Part shown: positions 41,418 through 51,498 of the stretch, piece after piece
Position numbering within the stretch: position 1 is the stretch's first letter
Layout of the letters: every line of letters starts with the position of its first letter
From: Promethearchaeota archaeon
GTDB lineage: Archaea > Asgardarchaeota > Lokiarchaeia > Sigyniarchaeales > SOKP01
Assembly (NCBI GenBank): GCA_019058445.1
Contig: JAHPZA010000006.1
Span: 256,001 to 320,000 of the forward strand
Direction of reading: 5' to 3'
Length of the DNA stretch: 64,000 nt
The notes under the pieces: model-generated
Database searches by the model: none
The model's input: only the letters and a program-made list of their open reading frames with translations
What the model was told of the DNA's origin: nothing
Position numbers and translations under genes: made by a program

Positions 41418-42551
41418 ATGGCAGACCCGATTGGTTATAATAAAGATAAAGCAAATGAAATTTTAAATAAATATGATATTGATTTATTAATTGCTTCTAC
41501 ACCTGTGAATGTTTTTTATTTGACAGGATTACCGGTATTACATGTTGCTCCAAATCCAATTTTATATGTCTTACAGAATCAATATCCTTTTTTAGGTTTG
41601 GTGCGCAGAGATGGGGAAGAAAGTGCATTAATATGGTCATTATATGATAGTGTTGAAGAGTTTTCATGGATAGATCCAAGTGAAGTTTATCGAGTAGGGT
41701 CACTTAATGCTTCCAAGAAAATTCTAGCAAGAAAGATAAATGAATGGAATTTATCTAACAAGACCATTGGAATTGAGTCATTCATGCCTTTTTACCAATA
41801 TGAAGCATTGAAGAAAGAATTTCCTAATGCAAAAATTGTTAATGGAGATCGTGCTTTTATTGATATGCGGATGGTTAAAACCGAGGAGGAAGTGCGACGG
41901 ATAAAAAAATCTACGGAAATTGCGGATAAAGCAATTCAGGCGTGCATAGATGCTACAGAATTAAATGTGCTTGATACAGAATTATTGCAAATCGCTCGTA
42001 GAACTATAGTCGATGAAGGAGCCGAAGGGTGGGATCATCTTACGCAGAATATTGGGCCGTCTGATCCTGAAGCACCAGGTACAGGAATTCCAGTAACTCC
42101 TAATGATATTGTTAGATTTGATTTTGGAGCTGTATGGCAAGGATATGTATCTGACATTAGTAGAGGTGTTGTTGTCGGTGAAATCCCTAAAAAAGCTAAA
42201 GAAGCGATGGATGTTATGATACAATTGCAGGAATTTTGTGTTGAAAACATAGAAGTTGGCAAGAATTCTAATGAATTATATAAAGAAGCTCAAGCGTATT
42301 TAAAATCAATTTCTAAAAGAGGTTTCTACTTAATTACAGGGCATAGTATTGGATTAGAATGTGAAGAAGCACATCTTTTTAGCGCTATAGAATCATATGA
42401 TGTGCCTTTTGAAGAAAATATGGTCCTTGATATAGAAGTTTGGTTAAGCGTGAGAGGGCAGGGATTAGTTGGTATTGAAGATTGTTATAGAGTTAAATCC
42501 AAAGGTTGTGAACGATTGTCTAGCTTAGATAAGGAAATTGTTCTTAAATAG
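41418..42551 (+). CDS. M24 (Xaa-Pro peptidase/creatinase fold) hydrolase, atypical
   Basis: MVKTEEE, DFGAVWQGYVSDISR, GHSIGLECEE and IEDCY. Confidence 0.85.
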   Translation: MADPIGYNKDKANEILNKYDIDLLIASTPVNVFYLTGLPVLHVAPNPILYVLQNQYPFLGLVRRDGEESALIWSLYDSVEEFSWIDPSEVYRVGSLNASKKILARKINEWNLSNKTIGIESFMPFYQYEALKKEFPNAKIVNGDRAFIDMRMVKTEEEVRRIKKSTEIADKAIQACIDATELNVLDTELLQIARRTIVDEGAEGWDHLTQNIGPSDPEAPGTGIPVTPNDIVRFDFGAVWQGYVSDISRGVVVGEIPKKAKEAMDVMIQLQEFCVENIEVGKNSNELYKEAQAYLKSISKRGFYLITGHSIGLECEEAHLFSAIESYDVPFEENMVLDIEVWLSVRGQGLVGIEDCYRVKSKGCERLSSLDKEIVLK

Positions 42552-42562
42552 GGCTATAAATT

Positions 42563-43339
42563 ATGAGAGTTAAAGATAAGATTGTGGTATTAACGGGAGC
42601 AGCTTCCGGGATTGGTAGGGCAACTGCACTTCTATTTGCCCAAGAAGGGGCAATTCAAGTACTTTCGGATATTGACGAAGATGAATTAAAAAAAACATAT
42701 GATTTAATTGAAGAGGGAAAAGATAGAACTATCTTTATGAAAGTTGATGTGAGAAAGCCCGAAGAAGTTAGAAATATGATAGAAACTACCATTGAAAAAT
42801 ATGGAAGAATTGATGTTCTCATTGTGAATGCAGGCGTTGTCAGGGTTGGTTCCGTAGAAAATTTCCCAGATGATGATTATGATTTATTGATAGATGTAAA
42901 TATTAAGGGAACACATTATACTTGCAAATATGCGGTTCCCTATTTTAAAATACAAAAATTTGGTTCAATTATAACATTAGCTTCTGTTGCTGCTCACATC
43001 GGACAAGTAGCTCATGCGAATTATTGCTCTACAAAAGCTGCAGTTTTAGGATATACTAGAGCATTAGCATTAGATTTAGCGCCTTACAATGTTCGAGTGA
43101 ATAGTGTCTCTCCAGGGGCTACAGATACTCCTATGCTCCAAAGTGACGTCGCAAAACAGGCAAAGGACAGAGGGGTTTCTTATGAAGAAGTTAGAAAGGA
43201 ATTTGAACAAGAAGGCGTGTTAGGTCGATGGGCTAAGCCTGAGGAAATTGCTACAGGCATTTTATTTCTAGCCACTGAAGAATCGTCATACATGACTGGA
43301 GCGGATTTACGCTTAGATGGTGGATGGACAACCCAATAA
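42563..43339 (+). CDS. Short-chain dehydrogenase/reductase
   Basis: TGAASGIG, NAG, YCSTK and DGG. Confidence 0.93.
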   Translation: MRVKDKIVVLTGAASGIGRATALLFAQEGAIQVLSDIDEDELKKTYDLIEEGKDRTIFMKVDVRKPEEVRNMIETTIEKYGRIDVLIVNAGVVRVGSVENFPDDDYDLLIDVNIKGTHYTCKYAVPYFKIQKFGSIITLASVAAHIGQVAHANYCSTKAAVLGYTRALALDLAPYNVRVNSVSPGATDTPMLQSDVAKQAKDRGVSYEEVRKEFEQEGVLGRWAKPEEIATGILFLATEESSYMTGADLRLDGGWTTQ

Positions 43340-43427
43340 ACTGAATATTTTTTATAATTTTCTTTTTAAATTATTCTAAATGAATTGAAGTAAATTCTAT
43401 GAGAAGAAATAATTTTCTAAATGTAAA

Positions 43428-44009
43428 ATGACAGTAATCGACATGCATATTCACCTAAAATATCGATCCTCTTGTTCCAATCTTTCAATGTATGATTTAT
43501 ACTGTAATTTATCCGTTTCTTTTAACGCGGTGTGCATTACAGACCATTGGAAATTAGCACCTTTGAAATATAATCCATACCAAGATCTAAAAATCTTTTA
43601 TGGTGCTGAGATTTCTTGCAAATTAGGTGATATTTTGGCGTATGGAATAAAATATATTCTTCCCAAAAAGAAAAACTACGATGCTGAAAATGTAATAGAA
43701 TTTATCCATAAACAAGGTGGCATAGCAGTGTGCGCTCATCCCTATACAAATAGACATGAAGGTTTTGGTGATTATGTGTATGAATATGAATTCGAAGGCA
43801 TTGAAATCAATGGATCATTGGATGAAAAATATCATCGTTTAGCTGAAAAAGCTGCAAATTCAATGGACATTCCAACATTAGGAGGCAGTGATGCTCACTC
43901 AATACGACAATTAAATACATTTGGAACGAAATTCGAAAAACCAATAAACTCAATAAAGGATATTGTTGACGCAGTTAAAAACAAGGAATGTAAGGCTATA
44001 AAAATTTAA
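43428..44009 (+). CDS. PHP-domain metal-dependent phosphoesterase
   Basis: DMHIH, ITDH, AHP and GSDAH. Confidence 0.88.
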   Translation: MTVIDMHIHLKYRSSCSNLSMYDLYCNLSVSFNAVCITDHWKLAPLKYNPYQDLKIFYGAEISCKLGDILAYGIKYILPKKKNYDAENVIEFIHKQGGIAVCAHPYTNRHEGFGDYVYEYEFEGIEINGSLDEKYHRLAEKAANSMDIPTLGGSDAHSIRQLNTFGTKFEKPINSIKDIVDAVKNKECKAIKI

Positions 44010-44037
44010 AACGCTATTGGTTAAAGAGAGCTATAAT

Positions 44038-45564
44038 TTATCCGTGAGCAATAGGCTCGGGATAGCGATTTTGAATTTTTATAATCTCATGAATTAATTT
44101 ATTTACCAATTTAAATCTTAATTCTTGTGATCCTTTTTCATGCCATAAGTTATTAAGTTCATGAGGATCATTTTTTAAATCATATAATTCTCCTGTATCT
44201 TCTCGACCTTGATAAATTGTAATTCTATAATCCTCAGTTACCATTGTTCTAACTCGCATTGGTGTTTGATAAGTTCCTTTCTTCATCTTAAAATCCTCAT
44301 CTTCTTCAATAATGCATTGATCTCTCACTTTATACTTAGGATCTTTTAGTATCGGAGTCAAATCATGACCCTGCATACCTAAAGGATGAAATTTACAATC
44401 GATCTCAAGCAAATTTAAAATTGTTGAGGGGATATCAATAGAACTTGCTAGGGAATTTGTAATAGAATTGGGTTCAGTAATATTTGGTACATTCCAAATC
44501 AACGGAACATTAATAATTCCACGATAATGAACCATTCCTTTAAAAATAATTCCATGATCTCCGCAGATCTCTCCATGATCGCTTGTAAAAATCACCATAG
44601 TGTTTTTATCTAGACCGAAAGAAGAGAGGGCGGCTAATATCTGGCCAACGCTAAAATCAATCAGGGAAATTGTCCCATATGTATACGCTAGAAACTTTCT
44701 TATCTCCTCTTCGCTCGTTTTCCGAATGTAAGCTGAATTGTCATATGCGTTCTCTAGATATTCTCCTATAATTGTATGATTATCTAACGTATCATTAAAG
44801 CTTGGAGAAAGATTCAAATCCTCAGGATTATACATCTCCCTATACTTTCCCGGAGGGCATACGGGATGGTGGGGATCGGGAAATGAACAATGCAAAAAGA
44901 AGGGTTTATTTTCGTAACATCCTTCTGAAAATCTCTTGAAAAAAGCAATAGTTTTTTCAGTTATATATGAACTTTGATATAATTCTACAGGGAACTGTGT
45001 GTCATAATATGATTTTTGAAAAAGCTTGTGTATTCTTTTTTTTATCGAATCAACTAATTTGGGACTTCTTTCTTCTAACCAATCAAGATAGTGCCCTGTA
45101 ACGGCATCACCATGCCCTACAACTAAATCTACCTCATCCAACCCATAATAAGGTGTGGGAATGATAGGACGTTTATCCTTAGGCTGAAAAGTCCAACCAA
45201 GCATCGGTTCCACAGAGTTACATTTTCGGTCAAAAAGAGGTGTAAAGCAATTTAAATGAATCTTTCCAATGGAGCTTGTATGATATCCACATTCTCTTAA
45301 TGTTTGCGAAAAAGTAGGGATTTTTGTATTCAGATTTATGCCATTGCATCTAACTCCATGAATACTTGGATATGTCCCCGTAAAAATAGTTGATCGATTC
45401 GGCATACAAATCGGATTGGTACAATAGGCATTTGTAAATTTTATCCCATCACTGGCTAAAGAATCAATATTTGGTGTTTTTATATCAACGTTTCCATAGC
45501 AAGCCAAATGGTCAGCTCTGAGCTGGTCGCATATTATAAATAGAACATTCATTTTCTCATTCAT
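44038..45564 (-). CDS. Formylglycine-dependent sulfatase (paralog of 28375-29952)
   Basis: CDQLR, CMPNRSTIFTG, FPDPHHP and SDHGE. Confidence 0.92.
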   Translation of the reverse strand: MNEKMNVLFIICDQLRADHLACYGNVDIKTPNIDSLASDGIKFTNAYCTNPICMPNRSTIFTGTYPSIHGVRCNGINLNTKIPTFSQTLRECGYHTSSIGKIHLNCFTPLFDRKCNSVEPMLGWTFQPKDKRPIIPTPYYGLDEVDLVVGHGDAVTGHYLDWLEERSPKLVDSIKKRIHKLFQKSYYDTQFPVELYQSSYITEKTIAFFKRFSEGCYENKPFFLHCSFPDPHHPVCPPGKYREMYNPEDLNLSPSFNDTLDNHTIIGEYLENAYDNSAYIRKTSEEEIRKFLAYTYGTISLIDFSVGQILAALSSFGLDKNTMVIFTSDHGEICGDHGIIFKGMVHYRGIINVPLIWNVPNITEPNSITNSLASSIDIPSTILNLLEIDCKFHPLGMQGHDLTPILKDPKYKVRDQCIIEEDEDFKMKKGTYQTPMRVRTMVTEDYRITIYQGREDTGELYDLKNDPHELNNLWHEKGSQELRFKLVNKLIHEIIKIQNRYPEPIAHG

Positions 45565-45602
45565 TATAAATCAAAAAACATATTGTAAATTTCCTAATTT
45601 AA

Positions 45603-46352
45603 TTACATTGTCATGCCTCCATCAACTAGGAGACTCACACCTGTACAAAATTCATTTGTAGTAAGAAACAAAACACCTTCTGCGATTTCTTCGGGTGTTC
45701 CAAGACGACCCAATCTTTGACGTGCTATATACTGATTTCTCACTTCTTCATAATTTCCTCCTCTCTCTCTGATTCTCTGTTCTAAAGATGGTGAGTCAGT
45801 AGTTCCTGGACAAATTGCATTCACGCGAATTTTATCATCAATATAATCAGCTGCCATTGCTCTGGTCATTGATAATACGGCTCCTTTCGAAGCAGTATAT
45901 GCTGCTCTGTTAGGGACTCCTTTAAAAGCAACGGATGATGCATTATTGACAATTACTCCTTGTGTCTTTTTAAGATAAGGAATGGCATATTTGGAAACAA
46001 GATATATCCCTCGAACATTGACAGCCATTGTTCTGTCCCAATCTTCTGTAGAAATTGTATCGACAGCACCCCCTAAAACAATACCAGCATTATTAAATAA
46101 AATATCGATTTTTCCATAAGTTTCTACTGTTTTTTCTATAATTAATTTTGCTTGTTCTTCTATTGACACATCTGCTTGGATAAAGAAAGCCTCTCCTTTT
46201 GAATTGTTAATCTTCTCGACAACTCTCAAAGCAGATTTGGACACAGAATTACAGCAAACTTTTGCACCTTCTTTAGAAAATAAAATGGCTGTGGCTTCTC
46301 CTATTCCTGCTCCTGCTCCGGTTATAATCGCTACTTTTTCCTGAAGTTTCAT
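45603..46352 (-). CDS. Short-chain dehydrogenase/reductase, resembling keto-deoxy sugar acid dehydrogenases
   Basis: TGAGAGIG, NNAG, NRAAYTASK and ICPGTTDSPSL. Confidence 0.9.
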   Translation of the reverse strand: MKLQEKVAIITGAGAGIGEATAILFSKEGAKVCCNSVSKSALRVVEKINNSKGEAFFIQADVSIEEQAKLIIEKTVETYGKIDILFNNAGIVLGGAVDTISTEDWDRTMAVNVRGIYLVSKYAIPYLKKTQGVIVNNASSVAFKGVPNRAAYTASKGAVLSMTRAMAADYIDDKIRVNAICPGTTDSPSLEQRIRERGGNYEEVRNQYIARQRLGRLGTPEEIAEGVLFLTTNEFCTGVSLLVDGGMTM

Positions 46353-46401
46353 AACCATAATAAAAAAAAATTATTTGATTATACTTCTAATTAACCACGC
46401 T

Positions 46402-47766
46402 TTAAGATTTTTTCAATTCCTGTAATCTTTTTTCATGGAGAATTTTTAATTCATCATTCATTTCACGGAATTTTGTATAATTTATTGGAAACAAGCTAAA
46501 AACTACTAATGCAAGTATACCAACAATGAATGGTATCAATGAAACCAATAATGTTAAACCAAGTAACGCTGTAGGGGTTTGAGATTCGCTTCCTGCTTGA
46601 AATCCAAAAAGGAATTGCACAATTATTAGAGCTAAGCCTGAAAGAGCTATTGATAATCTCGCAATTAAAGATAATATTCCATTATAGGTAGCCTCTCTTC
46701 TTTTTCCTGTTTGCAATTCATCATAATCTATTGCTGCACTAAAGGGTACCTCAGTCATTAAAACCCCCCCTATCCCGAATCCGGGAATTAAAGTAACAAT
46801 TACCAATGTGAAAAAATCCCCTATAAACACCACAGGCAAGATTCCAACAGCCATAATTCCTATCGCAAATAATAATGCATATTTAGGCCCCTTTTTAGCA
46901 TATACCCACCTCCAAAAGGGAATACCGATAAGAGCCCCTAATGCTATTCCAAGTGCTGCAAATCCTATTAAAGCCTCATCCATTTTAAGAACAAATTTAG
47001 CATATAAAGGAAGGGCAATTAAAGTTATAGCAAAGCAACTATCAATTAAAGTATATGTCAAAGCCATTATTACAAATGATTTATTCTTGAAAGTTTCTTT
47101 GAACGCAGCAATAACCGGAAGTGGTTCGTCAATTTGATATTCTTTTCTTTCTTTGGTTCCTAGAAGTGAAAGATACATTGTTATAGATACCACTATTCCA
47201 AAAGTCAGCCCGGTTAATGGCCATCCAATTGCGGAAGCTACAAGTGGAGGAAAAATAATGCCAATTAATGAGGAAGTAAAAGCTATTGTATCTTTTATTG
47301 CCACTACTGTTGCGCGTTCTTTCTCATCCTCATACATTTCAGTGTATAATGCTGACCAAGCCGTCATTGCTAAGGTAAATCCCGTATCAAACAGAAAAAG
47401 CATAAAAAGGGCATGAAAAAATATTAGGATCTCACTGGTCCAAGGAACCCACCATAACAAAATGAAACCCACCCCGAGAGGGATTGTTCCAAGTATAATA
47501 TAAGGTACACGGCGTCCCCATTTCGTGATTTTTTTATCCATGTAATATCCAAATAAGGGATCATTAACCGCATTCCATAGCCCATACAATACAAACACTA
47601 ACCCTACTAGCTCAAGCGATAATCCTACTTTTACCGCGTAGAAAAAAACAAAAAAAGTACCCACCATATTATAGGGAAGGGCAGAAGTTACACCTCCTAA
47701 AGAATATAGTAAATAACCTTGGCGTGAATGTACTCTCTCGTTATCACTAATATTATCTTCACTCAT
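46402..47766 (-). CDS. MFS transporter, GPH/MelB-like
   Basis: WNAVNDP, WGRRVPY and TGKRREATY. Confidence 0.9.
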   Translation of the reverse strand: MSEDNISDNERVHSRQGYLLYSLGGVTSALPYNMVGTFFVFFYAVKVGLSLELVGLVFVLYGLWNAVNDPLFGYYMDKKITKWGRRVPYIILGTIPLGVGFILLWWVPWTSEILIFFHALFMLFLFDTGFTLAMTAWSALYTEMYEDEKERATVVAIKDTIAFTSSLIGIIFPPLVASAIGWPLTGLTFGIVVSITMYLSLLGTKERKEYQIDEPLPVIAAFKETFKNKSFVIMALTYTLIDSCFAITLIALPLYAKFVLKMDEALIGFAALGIALGALIGIPFWRWVYAKKGPKYALLFAIGIMAVGILPVVFIGDFFTLVIVTLIPGFGIGGVLMTEVPFSAAIDYDELQTGKRREATYNGILSLIARLSIALSGLALIIVQFLFGFQAGSESQTPTALLGLTLLVSLIPFIVGILALVVFSLFPINYTKFREMNDELKILHEKRLQELKKS

Positions 47767-47864
47767 AATAATTATCTATCTCTCAATTTTAGTTTAAATA
47801 AATATTGATCAATTTCATATAAAATACTTCATACATAGTATGGAGAAAAAGTGAATGAAATTAT

Positions 47865-49031
47865 TCATGGTTTAAAATTTTGAATTATTTCAGCAATCAT
47901 TTCCACCTTACAAATGTCGCCATTCGGGGGAAGTTCATCTGATACTCCGAGAATCAGATTAGGAGAGAATATTTCCAAAACTTTTTGAGTATATTCTCTA
48001 AGATATTCATTTGAATATTCAGGTAAAAATAAAATTGATGGAATGCCATCTAATAAAACCTTATCTCCAATCGAATCTTTTAATTCTTCTAATGTTACAT
48101 CTCCTTGAGGTTTGGGAGTTAATGCCTCAAGCCCATCAAATGGTAAATCTGCTAAAAGAGGTAATAAATCCTTCAATGAACCATCCATGTGGATGTGGCA
48201 ATATTTGCCTGCCTGATGAAGTTGTTTTACCCTTCGTTCAAAATAAGGCATGAGATACTTCTTAAATTGAGGAGGAGGCGATAAATCGGCATCAATGTTT
48301 TCCCCAAAATTAATGACTTTTAGGGGAGATTCCGCAATGCTATCGTACATTTGATCATCCCATTCTTCTAAGAAAGATATGAATTTTTCCATCTCATTTG
48401 GATGGCGCTTAAGGAAAATTACGGTACGAACAAATCCCATGGTAATTTTAACTAATCTCTGATATGGTGATGAAAATAGATAAGTACTCACCACTCCTAA
48501 ATCCCCTATTTGCTTTTCTGCTCTTATAAAGTTCTCTTGAAGAAATCTGAATTCAGTATTTTCTAAAATGTATTGCATGATTTTCATATCTCCTACGGAT
48601 TTTACGGGAAATTCAGTATAATGCCCTCCAAGTCCACCGCCCACAGCTATCGCTTCAGTTAAATTGCCTAAAGGAGTTTTATATTTTGTAATCGTTTCAT
48701 CCTTTTTATTACCTCTTTGAGTAGTAATTTCTATTTTTGCTTCTGGATTAATTCTAGTATCGATAAGAGGAAGATATAAGGTCTCTTCCGAATATCTAGG
48801 ACTTGCTCCAAGCATTTTGTATATGTCTAATTGGCTTTTTTTTAAAAAACGTTCAGGAATTTTGTCTTTTAATTGTTTAATATGTTTTCCTTTCTTAAAG
48901 AGCCTATTTCCTAAATACCAATAGTAGATCCGTGGGCTAAAAACAATTCTATCTATTTTCTTTTTTGCGAAAGTATTCAGGATCCCTTCCTTATTTGAAA
49001 GTTTTGAACTCATTGTTAGATTTAACATCAA
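47865..49031 (-). CDS. URO-D/MtaA-CmuA fold protein of unknown function
   Basis: YKTPLGNL, FPVKS, LSPPQFKKYLMPY and HIHMDG; typical C-terminal barrel. Confidence 0.8.
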   Translation of the reverse strand: MMLNLTMSSKLSNKEGILNTFAKKKIDRIVFSPRIYYWYLGNRLFKKGKHIKQLKDKIPERFLKKSQLDIYKMLGASPRYSEETLYLPLIDTRINPEAKIEITTQRGNKKDETITKYKTPLGNLTEAIAVGGGLGGHYTEFPVKSVGDMKIMQYILENTEFRFLQENFIRAEKQIGDLGVVSTYLFSSPYQRLVKITMGFVRTVIFLKRHPNEMEKFISFLEEWDDQMYDSIAESPLKVINFGENIDADLSPPPQFKKYLMPYFERRVKQLHQAGKYCHIHMDGSLKDLLPLLADLPFDGLEALTPKPQGDVTLEELKDSIGDKVLLDGIPSILFLPEYSNEYLREYTQKVLEIFSPNLILGVSDELPPNGDICKVEMIAEIIQNFKP

Positions 49032-49063
49032 TACTAATTGAAAATTAAAAGAGTAATTAACTT

Positions 49064-50566
49064 TTAAAGTTTAGAAGCTAAATTTAGAACCTTTAGACCT
49101 AGAAGTTTTGCACCGATGATAAAATCTTCTTTCCAATCTCCTATAAAGCTCACTCTATGCCAGCCAAATGATTCCCAGTCATAATTATTTAAAATCTTCC
49201 CAACATTACTTTCTACAAGCATTTTTGAGACACATCCTCCTTTATCTGGAACATTATCAATTATTTTTCCAGTTCTTATCTCTATTTTATTTTCAAAAAC
49301 ACTAATTTTTATGGTAGTAACTTGTTCACCAATTGGAAATTTCACACAAGGAGAAGCACCTAAATATGCAGTTTCTCCGTGATACAAAATTTCATAATCA
49401 GCAATTGGACCATCAATTCCATATAATTTACTTGGTGCGACGCAATGCATATAAGTAATTTGATCATTGACAGAATCAAACGTATGATTTGAAACATATC
49501 CTGGTCTGCCTGTTATAAATAGACCAAATAGAAAACTAATAGCAGAATCCATATCAGATTCACAAATACCATAATATCCCTCGCTACTCAGTTCGAAAAA
49601 AGCCATGCAGGGATAGGCAGGTAATTTACCAGTTAAAAGAAAAGTGCCACAATCTGGAGCAAATATCCTGCAATTTTTATCATTTAAAATATTTTTAAAT
49701 GCGATATACAACTTTGCTGAATTTAATATAGTTTTTTCTGTGGGTTCAACTTTTTTAGCATTTTTATTCCATTTATCCGCAACGATTTTTGCTTCTTCCT
49801 CGTTCACCTTTTGATAATATTCCACAATCTCATCGGGATTTCCTCTTATCATCCCTACGTCAAAAATGTTTTTCAAATTCTCTTTGTATTTCTTCTCATC
49901 TTTTCTCCATTGATGAGCTTGATCAAATCCTTCTGTATCTGTAAAAAATTCAAAGCTGGTATCTCCGCTCATTTTCCCTATTTGCTCAATAAATTCTGGA
50001 CTTTCTTTTCTAAGTTTTTTTCTTTCAGGATTAAATAATCCAAGAATTATTTCCCAATCCATCTTAATTTTATCACTGGCATATACTAACACATTAGTAC
50101 CCCTAAGTCGTAAGAGATTAGATAAGATTTCAACGGGTTTGTCAAAATCCTCAATGTTTTTGGAAGATATGGGATAAACATGATATTTCTTGTCTTTTAT
50201 ACTTACGTAAATTTTTGTAAATGTATGGTCTCCAGCATAAATGAGGTTTGCTAATATAGCAGGTTTTCCTAATTCAATGAACTCAATTCCTGCCTTGATA
50301 ATTCCGGGATACCCATAATGTCCTATCGTAAAAATTACTATGCCATCGGCTTTTAATATATTATCATTGATTTTTTTAATTAACTCATTGTCATAGACAC
50401 AAACTAGTTCGTTATTCGTAAAATTAATTTTAGGAAACTTCTCTTTTAAATGATGAAGGATGGTTTGGATCAATTTTTCATTATCATAACCTATATAGGG
50501 CCAACCAGCTTCCCATTGGGGTTTTCCAATAAATACAATATGGAGATTTATAATATCATTTTTCAT
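49064..50566 (-). CDS. L-fucose/L-arabinose isomerase-like protein
   Basis: PC.AF..L...G....CESDM, MHC and C-terminal WHRVSFIGD motifs of the FucI/AraA superfamily. Confidence 0.75.
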   Translation of the reverse strand: MKNDIINLHIVFIGKPQWEAGWPYIGYDNEKLIQTILHHLKEKFPKINFTNNELVCVYDNELIKKINDNILKADGIVIFTIGHYGYPGIIKAGIEFIELGKPAILANLIYAGDHTFTKIYVSIKDKKYHVYPISSKNIEDFDKPVEILSNLLRLRGTNVLVYASDKIKMDWEIILGLFNPERKKLRKESPEFIEQIGKMSGDTSFEFFTDTEGFDQAHQWRKDEKKYKENLKNIFDVGMIRGNPDEIVEYYQKVNEEEAKIVADKWNKNAKKVEPTEKTILNSAKLYIAFKNILNDKNCRIFAPDCGTFLLTGKLPAYPCMAFFELSSEGYYGICESDMDSAISFLFGLFITGRPGYVSNHTFDSVNDQITYMHCVAPSKLYGIDGPIADYEILYHGETAYLGASPCVKFPIGEQVTTIKISVFENKIEIRTGKIIDNVPDKGGCVSKMLVESNVGKILNNYDWESFGWHRVSFIGDWKEDFIIGAKLLGLKVLNLASKL

Positions 50567-50647
50567 ATATAAGGATTAATCAAATAATTTAAAAAATTAA
50601 TTAAATAAGTTTATGATTGGTTTATTCAAAATTATAAAATCGCTAAA

Positions 50648-51442
50648 TTAGATTCTAATGATCTTTCGCGCATCAGAGGGATCCGCTATTTCTCTCCCCA
50701 CATATTTGCTAATGCTCATATACTTTTCAACAATTTCAGCGTTATTTTTTGCAGGCACTCCGGTCTCGATAAATGGAAAATCTTCAGTTCCAACACGGAT
50801 ATTACCACCTCGAGATAAAGCAAGCACGGCTATCTTAATTTGCTCTTCACCCATAGTACTTACTGAATATAGGCAATTTTTGGGCATATTCCTGATTCTG
50901 TGCATATATTCTTCGAAGGTAGGAGGGGACCATGTTCCTCCAGGCCAATTAAAGAAAAGAGTTAAATATTGAGGACCCTCAACCAATTCTTTATTAATTA
51001 GTTGCTGTAAATTCCAATAAGAACCTGTATGCCACACTTCCCACTCTGGTTTTATATTATATTCCTTACATTTTTTACAATATTCTTCCAATTCTTCAAG
51101 AGGATGTAGGATATCTACATTAACTTGCGCAAAGTGTTCGGCATGGTGATTTAATATTATAGACATCATATCCGGTTTAGCTTCGAAATCACCATTTCTC
51201 ATTGGGATAGATTCGCTTGACATACCTGCCTGTATAATAACATCACAACGTTCTCGGATTCTTTTAACTACCTCGACCTCTTCCCCTCGCGGAAGATGAA
51301 CATGTGCTATGGCTGCTCCTGCCTCATAGCACTTAACTACATCTTCAACCAATTGGTCTGTAGTTTGAGGCCAATTTTTTACATCAGGATATATCCAAGA
51401 ATTTGCTGTCGTTGCAGTTATTATTAATTTTTCATTTGCCAT
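50648..51442 (-). CDS. Beta-keto acid cleavage enzyme (BKACE/Kce, DUF849) family, divergent
   Basis: KLIITA, AGAAIAHVH, KPEWE, GGNIRVGTED and GREIA.P.DAR. Confidence 0.88.
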   Translation of the reverse strand: MANEKLIITATTANSWIYPDVKNWPQTTDQLVEDVVKCYEAGAAIAHVHLPRGEEVEVVKRIRERCDVIIQAGMSSESIPMRNGDFEAKPDMMSIILNHHAEHFAQVNVDILHPLEELEEYCKKCKEYNIKPEWEVWHTGSYWNLQQLINKELVEGPQYLTLFFNWPGGTWSPPTFEEYMHRIRNMPKNCLYSVSTMGEEQIKIAVLALSRGGNIRVGTEDFPFIETGVPAKNNAEIVEKYMSISKYVGREIADPSDARKIIRI

Positions 51443-51498
51443 TGTTTTCACACTCCTTAAATTTTTTTATATTAATATAAGATGTTAATATTTTTAAA

